Source of the DNA: Candidatus Woesebacteria bacterium
GTDB lineage: Bacteria; Patescibacteriota; Microgenomatia; UBA10105; UBA927
Direction of reading: 5' to 3'
Assembly (NCBI GenBank): GCA_018062625.1
Contig: JAGORV010000002.1
Span: forward strand, 20,823-84,822
Length of the DNA stretch: 64,000 nt
In this document: piece after piece, positions 19,463-28,340 of the stretch
Numbering within the stretch: position 1 is the stretch's first letter
Layout of the letters: each line of letters opens with the position of its first letter
Notes under the pieces: model-generated
Database searches by the model: none
Seen by the model: only the letters and a program-made list of their open reading frames with translations
What the model was told of the DNA's origin: nothing
Position numbers and translations under genes: made by a program

Positions 19463-20881
19463 GTGATCATGAAACTCTATAACAGTTTAGCAAAAAAAAT
19501 AGAAGAATTTTCCCCGATCAGTCCTCCCACTGTTGGTCTCTATACCTGTGGTATGACCGTATATGACTATGCGCACATAGGTCATGGGCGTAAATATGTG
19601 GGAGACGATGTATTGCGTAGAACGTTGAGCCGATTTGGGTATCAGGTAAATCATGTACAGAATGTCACCGATGTAGGGCATTTGGTGAGCGACAGTGATG
19701 AGGGAGAAGATAAGTTGGAAAAGGGTGCTAAAAAGCAAGGTAAAACTGTTTGGGAAGTTGCAAAATATTTTACTGATCATTTCTACAAAACTATGGATCA
19801 GCTTAATGTTTTGCGACCCAATGTGATTTGTTTGGCCACAGAGCATATTCCAGAGCAAATAAAATTAGTATCTACGCTTATAGACAAAGGATTCGCCTAC
19901 GATACACCAGAAGCGGTGTATTTTGATGTGACTAAATTTTCGGCGTATGAAGGTTTGTTTGGTCGTCAGAAAATGGAAGAACGAAAAACTGCAGTTCGTG
20001 ACACGGTTCAAGAAGGGGAATTCAAATTGCATCCAGCAGATTTTGCGCTTTGGTTTAAGCGAGTTGGGAGATTTGCTGATCATGCTATGCATTGGGAAAG
20101 CCCATGGGGGAACGGATTCCCAGGATGGCACATAGAGTGTTCTGCGATGAGTATGAAATATTTGGGAGAAACGATTGATATTCATACAGGAGGCATTGAT
20201 CATATCCCAGTTCATCATCCCAACGAAATCGCTCAAAGTGAGGCAGCGACGGGAAAGCAATTTGTAAAGTACTGGGTGCATTATAATTTTTTGCGTGTGG
20301 ATGGGAAGAAAATGAGTAAAAGTTTAGGGAATTTTTATACCATAGAAGATGTGGTCGCAAAAGGGATAGATCCGTTAGCCCTCAGATATTTATATCTTAC
20401 GTCTCAGTATCGAAGTGAACTTAATTTCACTTGGGAATCGCTCACAGCTGCAGGAAATTCACTAAACGAATTGAAAAAACACATCCGTGCATTTAAAACA
20501 AATTCTCGTAGCACATTATCGGAGGAAAAGCTGGGAAAAGTTGACTCGTATCGAGCAAAATTTGATGAAGCACTGGCTAATGATATAAATACACCTCAAG
20601 CGCTTGCAGTCGTTTGGGAAGTTGTGAAATCAAATATACCTTCGTCGGACAAGTACGACCTACTGCTCGATTTTGACCAAGTTCTTGGTTTGGATTTACA
20701 AAACATTCAATCACCTCAAGCCGAAAAAATACCGGATGAAATACAGGTGTTAGTGGCAAAGAGAGAACAACTTCGAAAAGACAAAAAATTTGCTGAGTCG
20801 GATGTCGTACGTGATGAAATCGCCTCGCATGGATATATAGTTGAAGACACCTCAGGGGGAGTGAACGTACAAAAGAAGTAA
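19463..20881 (+). CDS. cysS: cysteinyl-tRNA synthetase
   Basis: HIGH motif (AHIGHGRKY), KMSKS motif (KMSKSLGN), zinc-binding Cys; 472 aa. The start may instead be the second Met, 6 nt in. Confidence 0.92.
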   Translation: MIMKLYNSLAKKIEEFSPISPPTVGLYTCGMTVYDYAHIGHGRKYVGDDVLRRTLSRFGYQVNHVQNVTDVGHLVSDSDEGEDKLEKGAKKQGKTVWEVAKYFTDHFYKTMDQLNVLRPNVICLATEHIPEQIKLVSTLIDKGFAYDTPEAVYFDVTKFSAYEGLFGRQKMEERKTAVRDTVQEGEFKLHPADFALWFKRVGRFADHAMHWESPWGNGFPGWHIECSAMSMKYLGETIDIHTGGIDHIPVHHPNEIAQSEAATGKQFVKYWVHYNFLRVDGKKMSKSLGNFYTIEDVVAKGIDPLALRYLYLTSQYRSELNFTWESLTAAGNSLNELKKHIRAFKTNSRSTLSEEKLGKVDSYRAKFDEALANDINTPQALAVVWEVVKSNIPSSDKYDLLLDFDQVLGLDLQNIQSPQAEKIPDEIQVLVAKREQLRKDKKFAESDVVRDEIASHGYIVEDTSGGVNVQKK

Positions 20882-20882
20882 T

Positions 20883-21275
20883 TTATTTTACGGTCATTTG
20901 TACTGCCGAAACTTTTTTGACAGCTACATTAAATGATTCAGTTTGCACAGTAAACGTTAATTTTTTTCCAGGTTGTGCGGTGAAGAGTGAGAATTGTTGT
21001 GGAGGTGTGACGGTCCATGTGCCATAGTTTGTTGCTGGTCCACTTCTGCTCGTTTCATCAAATTGGACGTTTTCTACTGTTATTGTGCCATTCACATCAT
21101 CGACTGTGCCTACGTAACCGGTCAGTTTGAGTGTATTGGTTACTCCAGCTTTAGCACGGATATCAGAGGTAGAATTACTATTTTTTACGGCACCAATTAT
21201 CGCTGTTGTTATGATGCCCACGATGATCAGTACGAGTGCTGCGACAATATATGGAAGGCCTTTAGTTTTTTTCAT
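20883..21275 (-). CDS. hypothetical membrane-anchored secreted protein
   Basis: N-terminal TM/signal anchor (LPYIVAALVLIIVGIITTAIIGAV) then a T/S/N-rich extracellular segment. Confidence 0.5.
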   Translation of the reverse strand: MKKTKGLPYIVAALVLIIVGIITTAIIGAVKNSNSTSDIRAKAGVTNTLKLTGYVGTVDDVNGTITVENVQFDETSRSGPATNYGTWTVTPPQQFSLFTAQPGKKLTFTVQTESFNVAVKKVSAVQMTVK

Positions 21276-21329
21276 TCTTTCTTATTGTGCTATGGCGCAC
21301 GTACGCTGTCAATATATCCCTCGATTTGC

Positions 21330-21722
21330 TTATTCTTTGGGTATAAATTTTAATGCAAGTGAATTTATACAGTATCGCAAACCTGTTTTATCCTGTGGTC
21401 CATCATGAAACACATGACCTAAATGTGCATTGCAATTACCACAGAGCACTTCTGTGCGAGTCATACCAAAACTGACGTCTTTTTCTAGTGCTACCGCACC
21501 ATCGGTTGCTTCATCCCAAAAAGCAGGCCATCCAGTCTGTGAATCGTACTTTGTAGCACTAGAGAACAACTCGTGTTCGCATACGACGCAATAGTAATCA
21601 CCGGTCTCATGATTGTCAGTATATTTCCCAGAAAAAGGTGGCTCAGTCCCTTTTAGAAAACAGATGTTATATTGTTCGGAGGTGAGTGTTTTTTTCACGT
21701 CATCAATGTTTAGATTCTTCAT
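21330..21722 (-). CDS. msrB: peptide-methionine (R)-S-oxide reductase MsrB
   Basis: CVVCEHELF...GWPAFW...CGNCNAHLGHVFHDGP...RYCINS, canonical SelR/MsrB. Confidence 0.88.
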   Translation of the reverse strand: MKNLNIDDVKKTLTSEQYNICFLKGTEPPFSGKYTDNHETGDYYCVVCEHELFSSATKYDSQTGWPAFWDEATDGAVALEKDVSFGMTRTEVLCGNCNAHLGHVFHDGPQDKTGLRYCINSLALKFIPKE

Positions 21723-21786
21723 AGTCGTATGCTACCACGATGTTTGTAAGTTCGACAATCGTGGGGTATCACACTATACTCTACAG

Positions 21787-22317
21787 ATGCGCGCAGATAT
21801 CACCTTAGCCACAGAGCATGACATTATCGCTATTCGTTCTGTTCAGCGATCTACATGGCTTGAAACGTATCCAAATAAATCTCTTGGGATAACACGTTCT
21901 GATATTGCCGAAAAATTTGCGCATGACGATAGTCCAGCGGGTCGACCACTATGGCTAGCACAGCGTGTTGCACAGTTTGGAGACTTGCGATATCACACTT
22001 GGGTGGCACGAGCTGAAGGGGAAGTGGTAGGCTACTGTATTGCCGAAAAAGAGCTCACACAAAATCGAATAAAGGCGTTGTATGTGCTCCCCGTATATCA
22101 AAAACAAGGTATAGGCGCAGCATTATTGGATGAAACATTTAAATGGCTGGGACAAGATAAAAGAATTTATATAAATGTTGCGTCATATAATTTAAGAGCA
22201 ATTGCTTTTTATCAGGCAAGAGGATTTGTAAAAACAGATACATTAGTATCGGATGAGGTTGCGTCACTACCATCAAGGAAGACTATTCCTGAGATAGAAA
22301 TGGTTAGAGGGGCTTAA
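21787..22317 (+). CDS. GNAT family N-acetyltransferase
   Basis: Q/RxxGxG/A-like VYQKQGIGAALLDE. Start moved to MRADITL because the longer ORF overlaps msrB on the opposite strand. Confidence 0.7.
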   Translation: MRADITLATEHDIIAIRSVQRSTWLETYPNKSLGITRSDIAEKFAHDDSPAGRPLWLAQRVAQFGDLRYHTWVARAEGEVVGYCIAEKELTQNRIKALYVLPVYQKQGIGAALLDETFKWLGQDKRIYINVASYNLRAIAFYQARGFVKTDTLVSDEVASLPSRKTIPEIEMVRGA

Positions 22318-22362
22318 CACTGAGTCAGTTTATACCGTATACTTACTAGTGTAGATACGTAT

Positions 22363-22785
22363 ATGCAGTGGTTATTATTTGCGTTTTTATCAGCGGTTTT
22401 TGCAGCAGCAACGTCTATTTTGGCGAAAGTTGGCATTCATGGAATAGATAGCAATGTCGCAACGGCAATTCGTACAACAGTGATTCTATTTTTCGCTTGG
22501 GGTATTGTGCTGTTTCAGAAAACTGGCTCTTCCATAGGGAGTATTTCTCGATATTCTATGGTGTTTCTTGTGTTATCGGGACTTGCCACTGGACTGTCTT
22601 GGTTGTTTTATTTTCGCGCATTGCAGATTGGACAAGCGTCAAAGGTGGTTCCAATAGATAAGTTGAGTTTAGTGCTTACGATCATAATGGCAGCAATATT
22701 TTTGAAAGAAAAGCTGTCGTTCACAGTTGGAATAGGCACCGTATTGATGACAGCGGGTGCGATCATGATAGCTCTTGCAAAATAA
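22363..22785 (+). CDS. small 4-TM DMT/EamA-like membrane protein
   Basis: 140 aa, four predicted TM helices, EamA half-domain pattern; ArnE/ArnF- and SMR-sized. Confidence 0.65.
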   Translation: MQWLLFAFLSAVFAAATSILAKVGIHGIDSNVATAIRTTVILFFAWGIVLFQKTGSSIGSISRYSMVFLVLSGLATGLSWLFYFRALQIGQASKVVPIDKLSLVLTIIMAAIFLKEKLSFTVGIGTVLMTAGAIMIALAK

Positions 22786-22789
22786 ATCT

Positions 22790-24598
22790 ATGAAAAACAT
22801 TATAAAAATATTCACATTTACCACAGAATTTCGCCCCCTCTATATATTCATGGGGGTATTTATCATCATCTCTTCGCTTTTATCGTTTGTAGGGCCATTT
22901 TTACTCAAGCAAATCGTCGATATCATAAGTTCACAGTTCAAAAATGGCACAGGGAATATCCAAATGTTAATGATGAGCTTGATGTGGGTACTTGCTGCGG
23001 ATGTCGCTGGTACGATCGTGACCGCATATGGTCAGTGGATCGGAGATATCATGTCTATCCGTCTACAGAATTTTTTGTCTTCCAAATTTTATAAACACAT
23101 ACTCGATTTAGACGTTGGGTATTTTGATAACATTTCCGTGGGAGATTTGTCCAACAAAATGTCTCGAGGGATTGCGAGTATTACCCAATTTATAGGCAAT
23201 ACGACGAATAATTTTTTACCATTCTTTCTCACTGCTTTAGTCACAATAGGGATACTCGCATTTTATTCACCGCTCGTTGCGTTTCTTCTGGCTATCTTAT
23301 TTCCTATCTATGTCATGATCACGCACAAGTCATCTACGGCTTGGGGTAAGTATGAGCAAGAAAAAAATGGTATAGCTGATGTAGCTCAAGGTCGGGTGTT
23401 AGAGAGCTTATCCGGTATACGGGTAGTCAAAGCGTTTTTGTCTGAACCGTTTGAGTACAATCGATTTGTACGAGCTCGTGAGTCCATCGAAAGCATAACG
23501 AAGCAACAAACCAAAGAATGGCATGTGTACGATTTTTATCGTCGGATAGCACTTAATGTAATTTTATTTTTCATTTTGTTCTATATTCTTTATGAGACCT
23601 TTCATGGACGATTCAGTTTGGGTGAAATGACCTTACTGATCCAGCTTGTCAATCAAGCGAGATTCCCATTATTTGCCATGTCGTATATTATCGGGCAAAT
23701 CCAGCAGGCCGATGCAGGAAGTCGTGATTTTTTTAACGTGCTCTCTACCAAACGCACGATTCTCGACATAAAGGATGCTACAAATCTGATATGGCCAAAA
23801 AATACAAAAACTCCGAGTCTGGCATTTGAAAATGTTTCATTTTCTTATGATAAAAAAGCAGAAGTATTAAAAAATATTTCTTTTTCTTTAGGTATGGGTG
23901 AGAAACTCGCGCTGGTAGGGGAAAGCGGGCAAGGAAAGTCTACGATGGTAAATCTTATGTTGCGTTACTACGGGGCAAGCGAGGGTGTTATACGATTGGG
24001 AGGAAAAAACGTAAATCAGGTAACAGCTGCCACGTTGCGTAAACATATATCGATAGTGTTTCAGGATGCGCTTCTTTTTTCTGGAACTATTGCAGAGAAT
24101 ATTCGATATGGAAATCCAGATGCTACAGATGCACAGATGCATGAAGCTGCAAAATTGGCTAATGCTGAGGAGTTTATTTTACAGTTGGCGGATGGTTATG
24201 ACACGACAATTGGGGAACGCGGAGTGAAGTTATCAGGGGGACAGAAGCAACGGTTGGCTATCGCTCGTGCTATTTTGCATGACGCACCATTTATCATATT
24301 GGATGAGGCTACAAGTGCGTTGGATAGTAAATCAGAGGTATTGGTGCAAAAAGGTTTAGATCATCTTATGCATGGTAAATCTACGATAATTATTGCGCAT
24401 CGTCTCTCGACGCTTTCGGGTGTAGATAAAGTACTCGTGTTACAAAATGGTCAGATTGCTCAATTTGGCTCACCGAAAGAATTGCTGAAGGCAAAGTCTG
24501 GAATGTACTCTAAAATGATTACGCTCCAACAATCATTATTGGGTGCTTCGGCAGAAGAACGCCTCAAAGCGCTTCAGAAATATGATTTGGTAGGATAG
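22790..24598 (+). CDS. ABC exporter, fused permease and ATP-binding domains (MsbA-like)
   Basis: Six-TM N-terminal domain; Walker A GESGQGKST; signature LSGGQKQRLAIARA; Walker B ILDEATSALD. ORF-track start at 22775 overlaps the upstream gene. Confidence 0.85.
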   Translation: MKNIIKIFTFTTEFRPLYIFMGVFIIISSLLSFVGPFLLKQIVDIISSQFKNGTGNIQMLMMSLMWVLAADVAGTIVTAYGQWIGDIMSIRLQNFLSSKFYKHILDLDVGYFDNISVGDLSNKMSRGIASITQFIGNTTNNFLPFFLTALVTIGILAFYSPLVAFLLAILFPIYVMITHKSSTAWGKYEQEKNGIADVAQGRVLESLSGIRVVKAFLSEPFEYNRFVRARESIESITKQQTKEWHVYDFYRRIALNVILFFILFYILYETFHGRFSLGEMTLLIQLVNQARFPLFAMSYIIGQIQQADAGSRDFFNVLSTKRTILDIKDATNLIWPKNTKTPSLAFENVSFSYDKKAEVLKNISFSLGMGEKLALVGESGQGKSTMVNLMLRYYGASEGVIRLGGKNVNQVTAATLRKHISIVFQDALLFSGTIAENIRYGNPDATDAQMHEAAKLANAEEFILQLADGYDTTIGERGVKLSGGQKQRLAIARAILHDAPFIILDEATSALDSKSEVLVQKGLDHLMHGKSTIIIAHRLSTLSGVDKVLVLQNGQIAQFGSPKELLKAKSGMYSKMITLQQSLLGASAEERLKALQKYDLVG

Positions 24599-24602
24599 TA
24601 AT

Positions 24603-25727
24603 TTAGAGCAATGATGCGAGTGCTTTTTGTGACTGTATATCCCACGAATAATCTTTTGCAAAATTTCGGGCTTCTAAGCTGAGAGTTTTTCTTTTATCCT
24701 CATTACACAGAAGCGAAGTAACTGTTTGAGCAAACGTATAGATTGAAAAGCACGGTACGGGCGCAATTCCTTTATCGTAGTGTTGGTAGCGAGTATCGTA
24801 AAGCACTGCAGGAACGCCACATGCGAGTGCCTCATCGAGTGCTAAATTTCCTGTATCGTAGTGTGAGCTTGAGAGGAATAATTTGGTTGAGCTGTACAGG
24901 TTGAATTTTTGTTGACCATCTACAGGCGGAAGCATGTGTATGGCGTGTTCAAGCCCTAGATGCTGTATCTCTCGGCGTATTTGATCTTCAAGATATCCGG
25001 CGCCACACAATGCGAGACGTGCACTGGGGAGTACATCCACTACTTTCTTCCATATTCGCACTAGGTCAATGGGATTTTTTTGTGGATGAAATCGCGCGAG
25101 ACACAGTGCGTCATATGTTATGGGTAATGCTTTGGCATTTGTCGCAAGGTTTAGATCTATGCCCCCGCGTATGGCCAATGCAGATTTGCCCTGTGCGCGC
25201 ATGCGTCGAGCATCTATATCGTTTGCCGTCCATATATACTGTGCAAAAAGTCGAGAAAGAATTATCCCACAATGATACATTGCCCAAAATATGTAGCGAT
25301 GGAACATATTGGAACCGTAAGACTTACTCCAAGGGGGAAGTGGGAAAAGATATATTCCGACGACTAGATTTGCTTTTGGTTGTCGTATCTTCGCGATAAG
25401 TGCGGGTAGTAAATCTTCAAACATGCAAGAAGATGCGAAGATTATGTCTGTTGGTGAATTTTTGTGCAAAAATGCCGAAAATATTCCGTTGATTGTATGC
25501 ACAATGCTTGCCCAGAGCACTGAATAAAAAGCATCGGGAATATATTCGACGGCCTCGACGCGTGATGGATTTATACCACGAGATAGGAAAAAATCTCTTG
25601 CTTTTTTGTGTGTAAAGAAAAAAACTTTATTGCCTTTTTGCTCCCATTGTTTTCCAAATTCCGCTGCGATGACGTCTCCACCGCTTGTGACGAGGTGATA
25701 CGAATGATCGTAAATGGCTATATTCAT
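24603..25727 (-). CDS. glycosyltransferase family 4 (GT-B, retaining)
   Basis: C-terminal GT4 motif ...DEALACGVPAVLYDT... and N-terminal Rossmann half. Confidence 0.8.
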   Translation of the reverse strand: MNIAIYDHSYHLVTSGGDVIAAEFGKQWEQKGNKVFFFTHKKARDFFLSRGINPSRVEAVEYIPDAFYSVLWASIVHTINGIFSAFLHKNSPTDIIFASSCMFEDLLPALIAKIRQPKANLVVGIYLFPLPPWSKSYGSNMFHRYIFWAMYHCGIILSRLFAQYIWTANDIDARRMRAQGKSALAIRGGIDLNLATNAKALPITYDALCLARFHPQKNPIDLVRIWKKVVDVLPSARLALCGAGYLEDQIRREIQHLGLEHAIHMLPPVDGQQKFNLYSSTKLFLSSSHYDTGNLALDEALACGVPAVLYDTRYQHYDKGIAPVPCFSIYTFAQTVTSLLCNEDKRKTLSLEARNFAKDYSWDIQSQKALASLL

Positions 25728-26752
25728 GAGTTTACTTTTACGTGCGGGATAAACACATCGTTGTGATTGCTGAACTTGTTGCTAAACATAAGGGTGTTGC
25801 CTCCCATGACATAGATTTTTTTATCTACGCGTACCGCAGTCGATGCATAGCGCCCCTCAGGAAGATCTGACACACGTACCCAGCTATCAGATTTTGCACG
25901 ATAGGCAAACACATACGAGGATATAGCCCATCCTTGTTCACCGCCAAATATATAGAGCGTATCTCCTACAGATTCAGCAGAAAATCCGCACAAGCGTATA
26001 GGGAGAGGGGCAGCAGTGCGCCAAGTGTTTGTTTTGGGATTATATATTTCATGCGTCGTCAAGCTACCAAATCGATCCGTGTTATAACCACCGAGTGCGT
26101 GAATTTCATCGTTTAAAACCGCCATCGCAAGATGTTCTCTTGGGGTGGGCATACTGGCTTTTTGGCTCCATGTTTGTGTTTGTATGTCAAAACACTCAAC
26201 TGTTGCATACTTTTTTTCGTTGGCAGCACCTCCTATGGCATAGAGTTTGTTGTCGATATGTGCCAATCCTAATGCACCACGTTTGGTGGGCAAATCAGGT
26301 AAACTTGTCCATTTATTTTTTGTAGGATCATATCGCCATGCAAATCCCAGCGGAATGATGCGCCATCCATCTCCACCAATAACATATATCGATGTTCCGT
26401 CGGAAGCGACTCCAGGATGATGGACTACATGGGGGATTGGCGGAAGCTCGGACCACGAATTAGTTATCGTGTTATAGCATTCAAATTGGTTGGTTGGAAG
26501 CCAGACTGATGGTTGAAAGATTCCTCCGACGACATAAATATTTTTTCCTACCGCTGCTGCTCCAAATTCGTAACGATGTGATATGAGTGATGCTGCCTTT
26601 TGCCATTGAGCAGAAAGATCGGTAATAGGAGGTACATGCCCTTCAAGTGTTTTTCTATCGGGTTTGTAGTACCAGTCTCTGAGAATGTACAGTACTGACA
26701 ATCCAAATAATGTGCCAGCAAATACAGGTTTGAGAAGTGGTGAATGCTTCAT
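25724..26752 (-). CDS. membrane-anchored Kelch-repeat beta-propeller protein
   Basis: N-terminal TM helix, then six Kelch-like blades marked by hhhhGG (YVVGG, IYVIGG, LYAIGG, IHALGG, LYIFGG, IYVMGG) and conserved W/Y. Confidence 0.75.
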   Translation of the reverse strand: MKHSPLLKPVFAGTLFGLSVLYILRDWYYKPDRKTLEGHVPPITDLSAQWQKAASLISHRYEFGAAAVGKNIYVVGGIFQPSVWLPTNQFECYNTITNSWSELPPIPHVVHHPGVASDGTSIYVIGGDGWRIIPLGFAWRYDPTKNKWTSLPDLPTKRGALGLAHIDNKLYAIGGAANEKKYATVECFDIQTQTWSQKASMPTPREHLAMAVLNDEIHALGGYNTDRFGSLTTHEIYNPKTNTWRTAAPLPIRLCGFSAESVGDTLYIFGGEQGWAISSYVFAYRAKSDSWVRVSDLPEGRYASTAVRVDKKIYVMGGNTLMFSNKFSNHNDVFIPHVKVNS

Positions 26753-26785
26753 AGGTAGGCGATCTATGGTATATTATACATACTC

Positions 26786-27745
26786 TTGAGCGGGTTTCGT
26801 ATGCGAACACACCTTTCTTTTGTCATCCCTGTATATAACGAATCTGGAAACGTTACACCCTTCGGTGAAGAGATTATTTCACACGCATCTCGCCTTGCAG
26901 TAGGGTATGAAATCATATTTGTAAATGATGGCAGTCGTGATGCTACACAATCAGAGCTCCAGATGTTTCAGAAAAAATATCCCAAGGTGGTAAGTGTTAT
27001 AGAATTTCGTACCAATTTAGGTAAAGCCGCAGCCTATATGGCTGGATTTGCCCAAAGCACAGGGGATCGCATCATTACATTTGATGGTGACGGTCAAGAT
27101 GATCCGGCAGAGATTGGCAAATTTCTTGAGACTTTGGATTCCGGTTATGAGTTGGTAGTGGGTTGGAAGAAGGACCGACGAGATAGTTTTATAAAAAATA
27201 CTACTTCGAAATTATTTAATGCTGTGACTGGGTGTATATCACCAGTTAAACTTCATGATTATAATTGTGGACTGAAAGCGTATACCAAAGAAGCAGCAAA
27301 AGATTTATCTCTTTATGGAGAGCTTCATCGATATATCCCCGTACTGTTAGCTCGTCGTGGTTATAAAGTAACAGAAATTCCCGTTCATCATAGAAAAAGA
27401 CTTTCTGGAAAAAGTAAGTACGGGCCTATACGATTCATAAACGGATTTTTAGATTTGTTTACCGTCGTATCTCTCACACAGTTTCGCTCAAGGCCTATGC
27501 ATTTGTTTGGATATATAGGTTCAATGTTTTTTGGCGCAGGATTTTTCGCTGGGGCATATCTGACGTTTGTAAAATTTATCTTTGGTCAGGCGATCGGAGA
27601 CAGACCGTTATTACTATTCTCAGTCATGCTCATGATCATGGGTGTTCAGATAGGGATCACAGGATTGGTTGGAGAGTATTTAGTGGTATCCTCACACGGT
27701 AAAGACACAAGCCCCGATATAAAGACTACTATCAAACATGACTGA
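26786..27745 (+). CDS. glycosyltransferase family 2, polyprenyl-phosphate sugar synthase type (GtrB/DPM1/ArnC-like)
   Basis: LSFVIPVYNESGNV, FVNDGSRDAT, DGDGQDDP (DxD) motifs plus two C-terminal TM helices as in GtrB. Confidence 0.85.
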   Translation: MSGFRMRTHLSFVIPVYNESGNVTPFGEEIISHASRLAVGYEIIFVNDGSRDATQSELQMFQKKYPKVVSVIEFRTNLGKAAAYMAGFAQSTGDRIITFDGDGQDDPAEIGKFLETLDSGYELVVGWKKDRRDSFIKNTTSKLFNAVTGCISPVKLHDYNCGLKAYTKEAAKDLSLYGELHRYIPVLLARRGYKVTEIPVHHRKRLSGKSKYGPIRFINGFLDLFTVVSLTQFRSRPMHLFGYIGSMFFGAGFFAGAYLTFVKFIFGQAIGDRPLLLFSVMLMIMGVQIGITGLVGEYLVVSSHGKDTSPDIKTTIKHD

Positions 27746-28340
27746 CAATACTCCCACCAATTACCAAAAGCATCAGACTACCAATCGTATGCAACGATAT
27801 TTATTAGATCGATTTAACATGCGTCTAATCGAGTACATTCGGGCGTGTGGTGATGTTAGCAATATCCTCGATGTAGGCTGTGGTGAAGGATTTAGTTTAT
27901 CACTGATACAACAAGCAGGAATTTCGGCAACGCTTAAAGGTGTGGATGCATCACGCATTTCACTTGCGCTCGGCAAGAAAGAATTTCCCAATTTAGATTT
28001 AACCTTCGGAGACATATATGCGCTTTCTGCCAAAAGTAAATCCTACGATCTCGTGCTCTGCACTGAGGTGTTGGAGCATTTAGAAAATCCGGTTCAAGCC
28101 CTGATTGAGCTAAAGCGTGTGAGCCGTAAATATGTCATCATTTCTGTGCCCCATGAACCATGGTTTATGCTGGCAAATTTTTTGCGCGGGAAGTATTTTT
28201 CGCGTTGGGGTAATCATCCAGAGCATATAAATCACTGGTCACGGGCTGGAATAGTACAACTGCTTACGTCTCAAGGGTATACCATTGTACGCACAGCTAA
28301 TCCATTTGCATGGACTATCGTACTTGCAAAAATCGTATAA
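27738..28340 (+). CDS. class I SAM-dependent methyltransferase (type 11-like)
   Basis: Motif I ILDVGCGEGFSL; 200 aa; 8-nt overlap with the GT2 gene. Confidence 0.75.
   Translation: MTDNTPTNYQKHQTTNRMQRYLLDRFNMRLIEYIRACGDVSNILDVGCGEGFSLSLIQQAGISATLKGVDASRISLALGKKEFPNLDLTFGDIYALSAKSKSYDLVLCTEVLEHLENPVQALIELKRVSRKYVIISVPHEPWFMLANFLRGKYFSRWGNHPEHINHWSRAGIVQLLTSQGYTIVRTANPFAWTIVLAKIV

Noticed and set aside
21613-21786. Longer 234-aa version of the GNAT ORF starting at 21613
   Set aside because: Its first 58 codons overlap msrB on the opposite strand and have no RBS. The internal Met at 21787 gives a normal-length GNAT protein.
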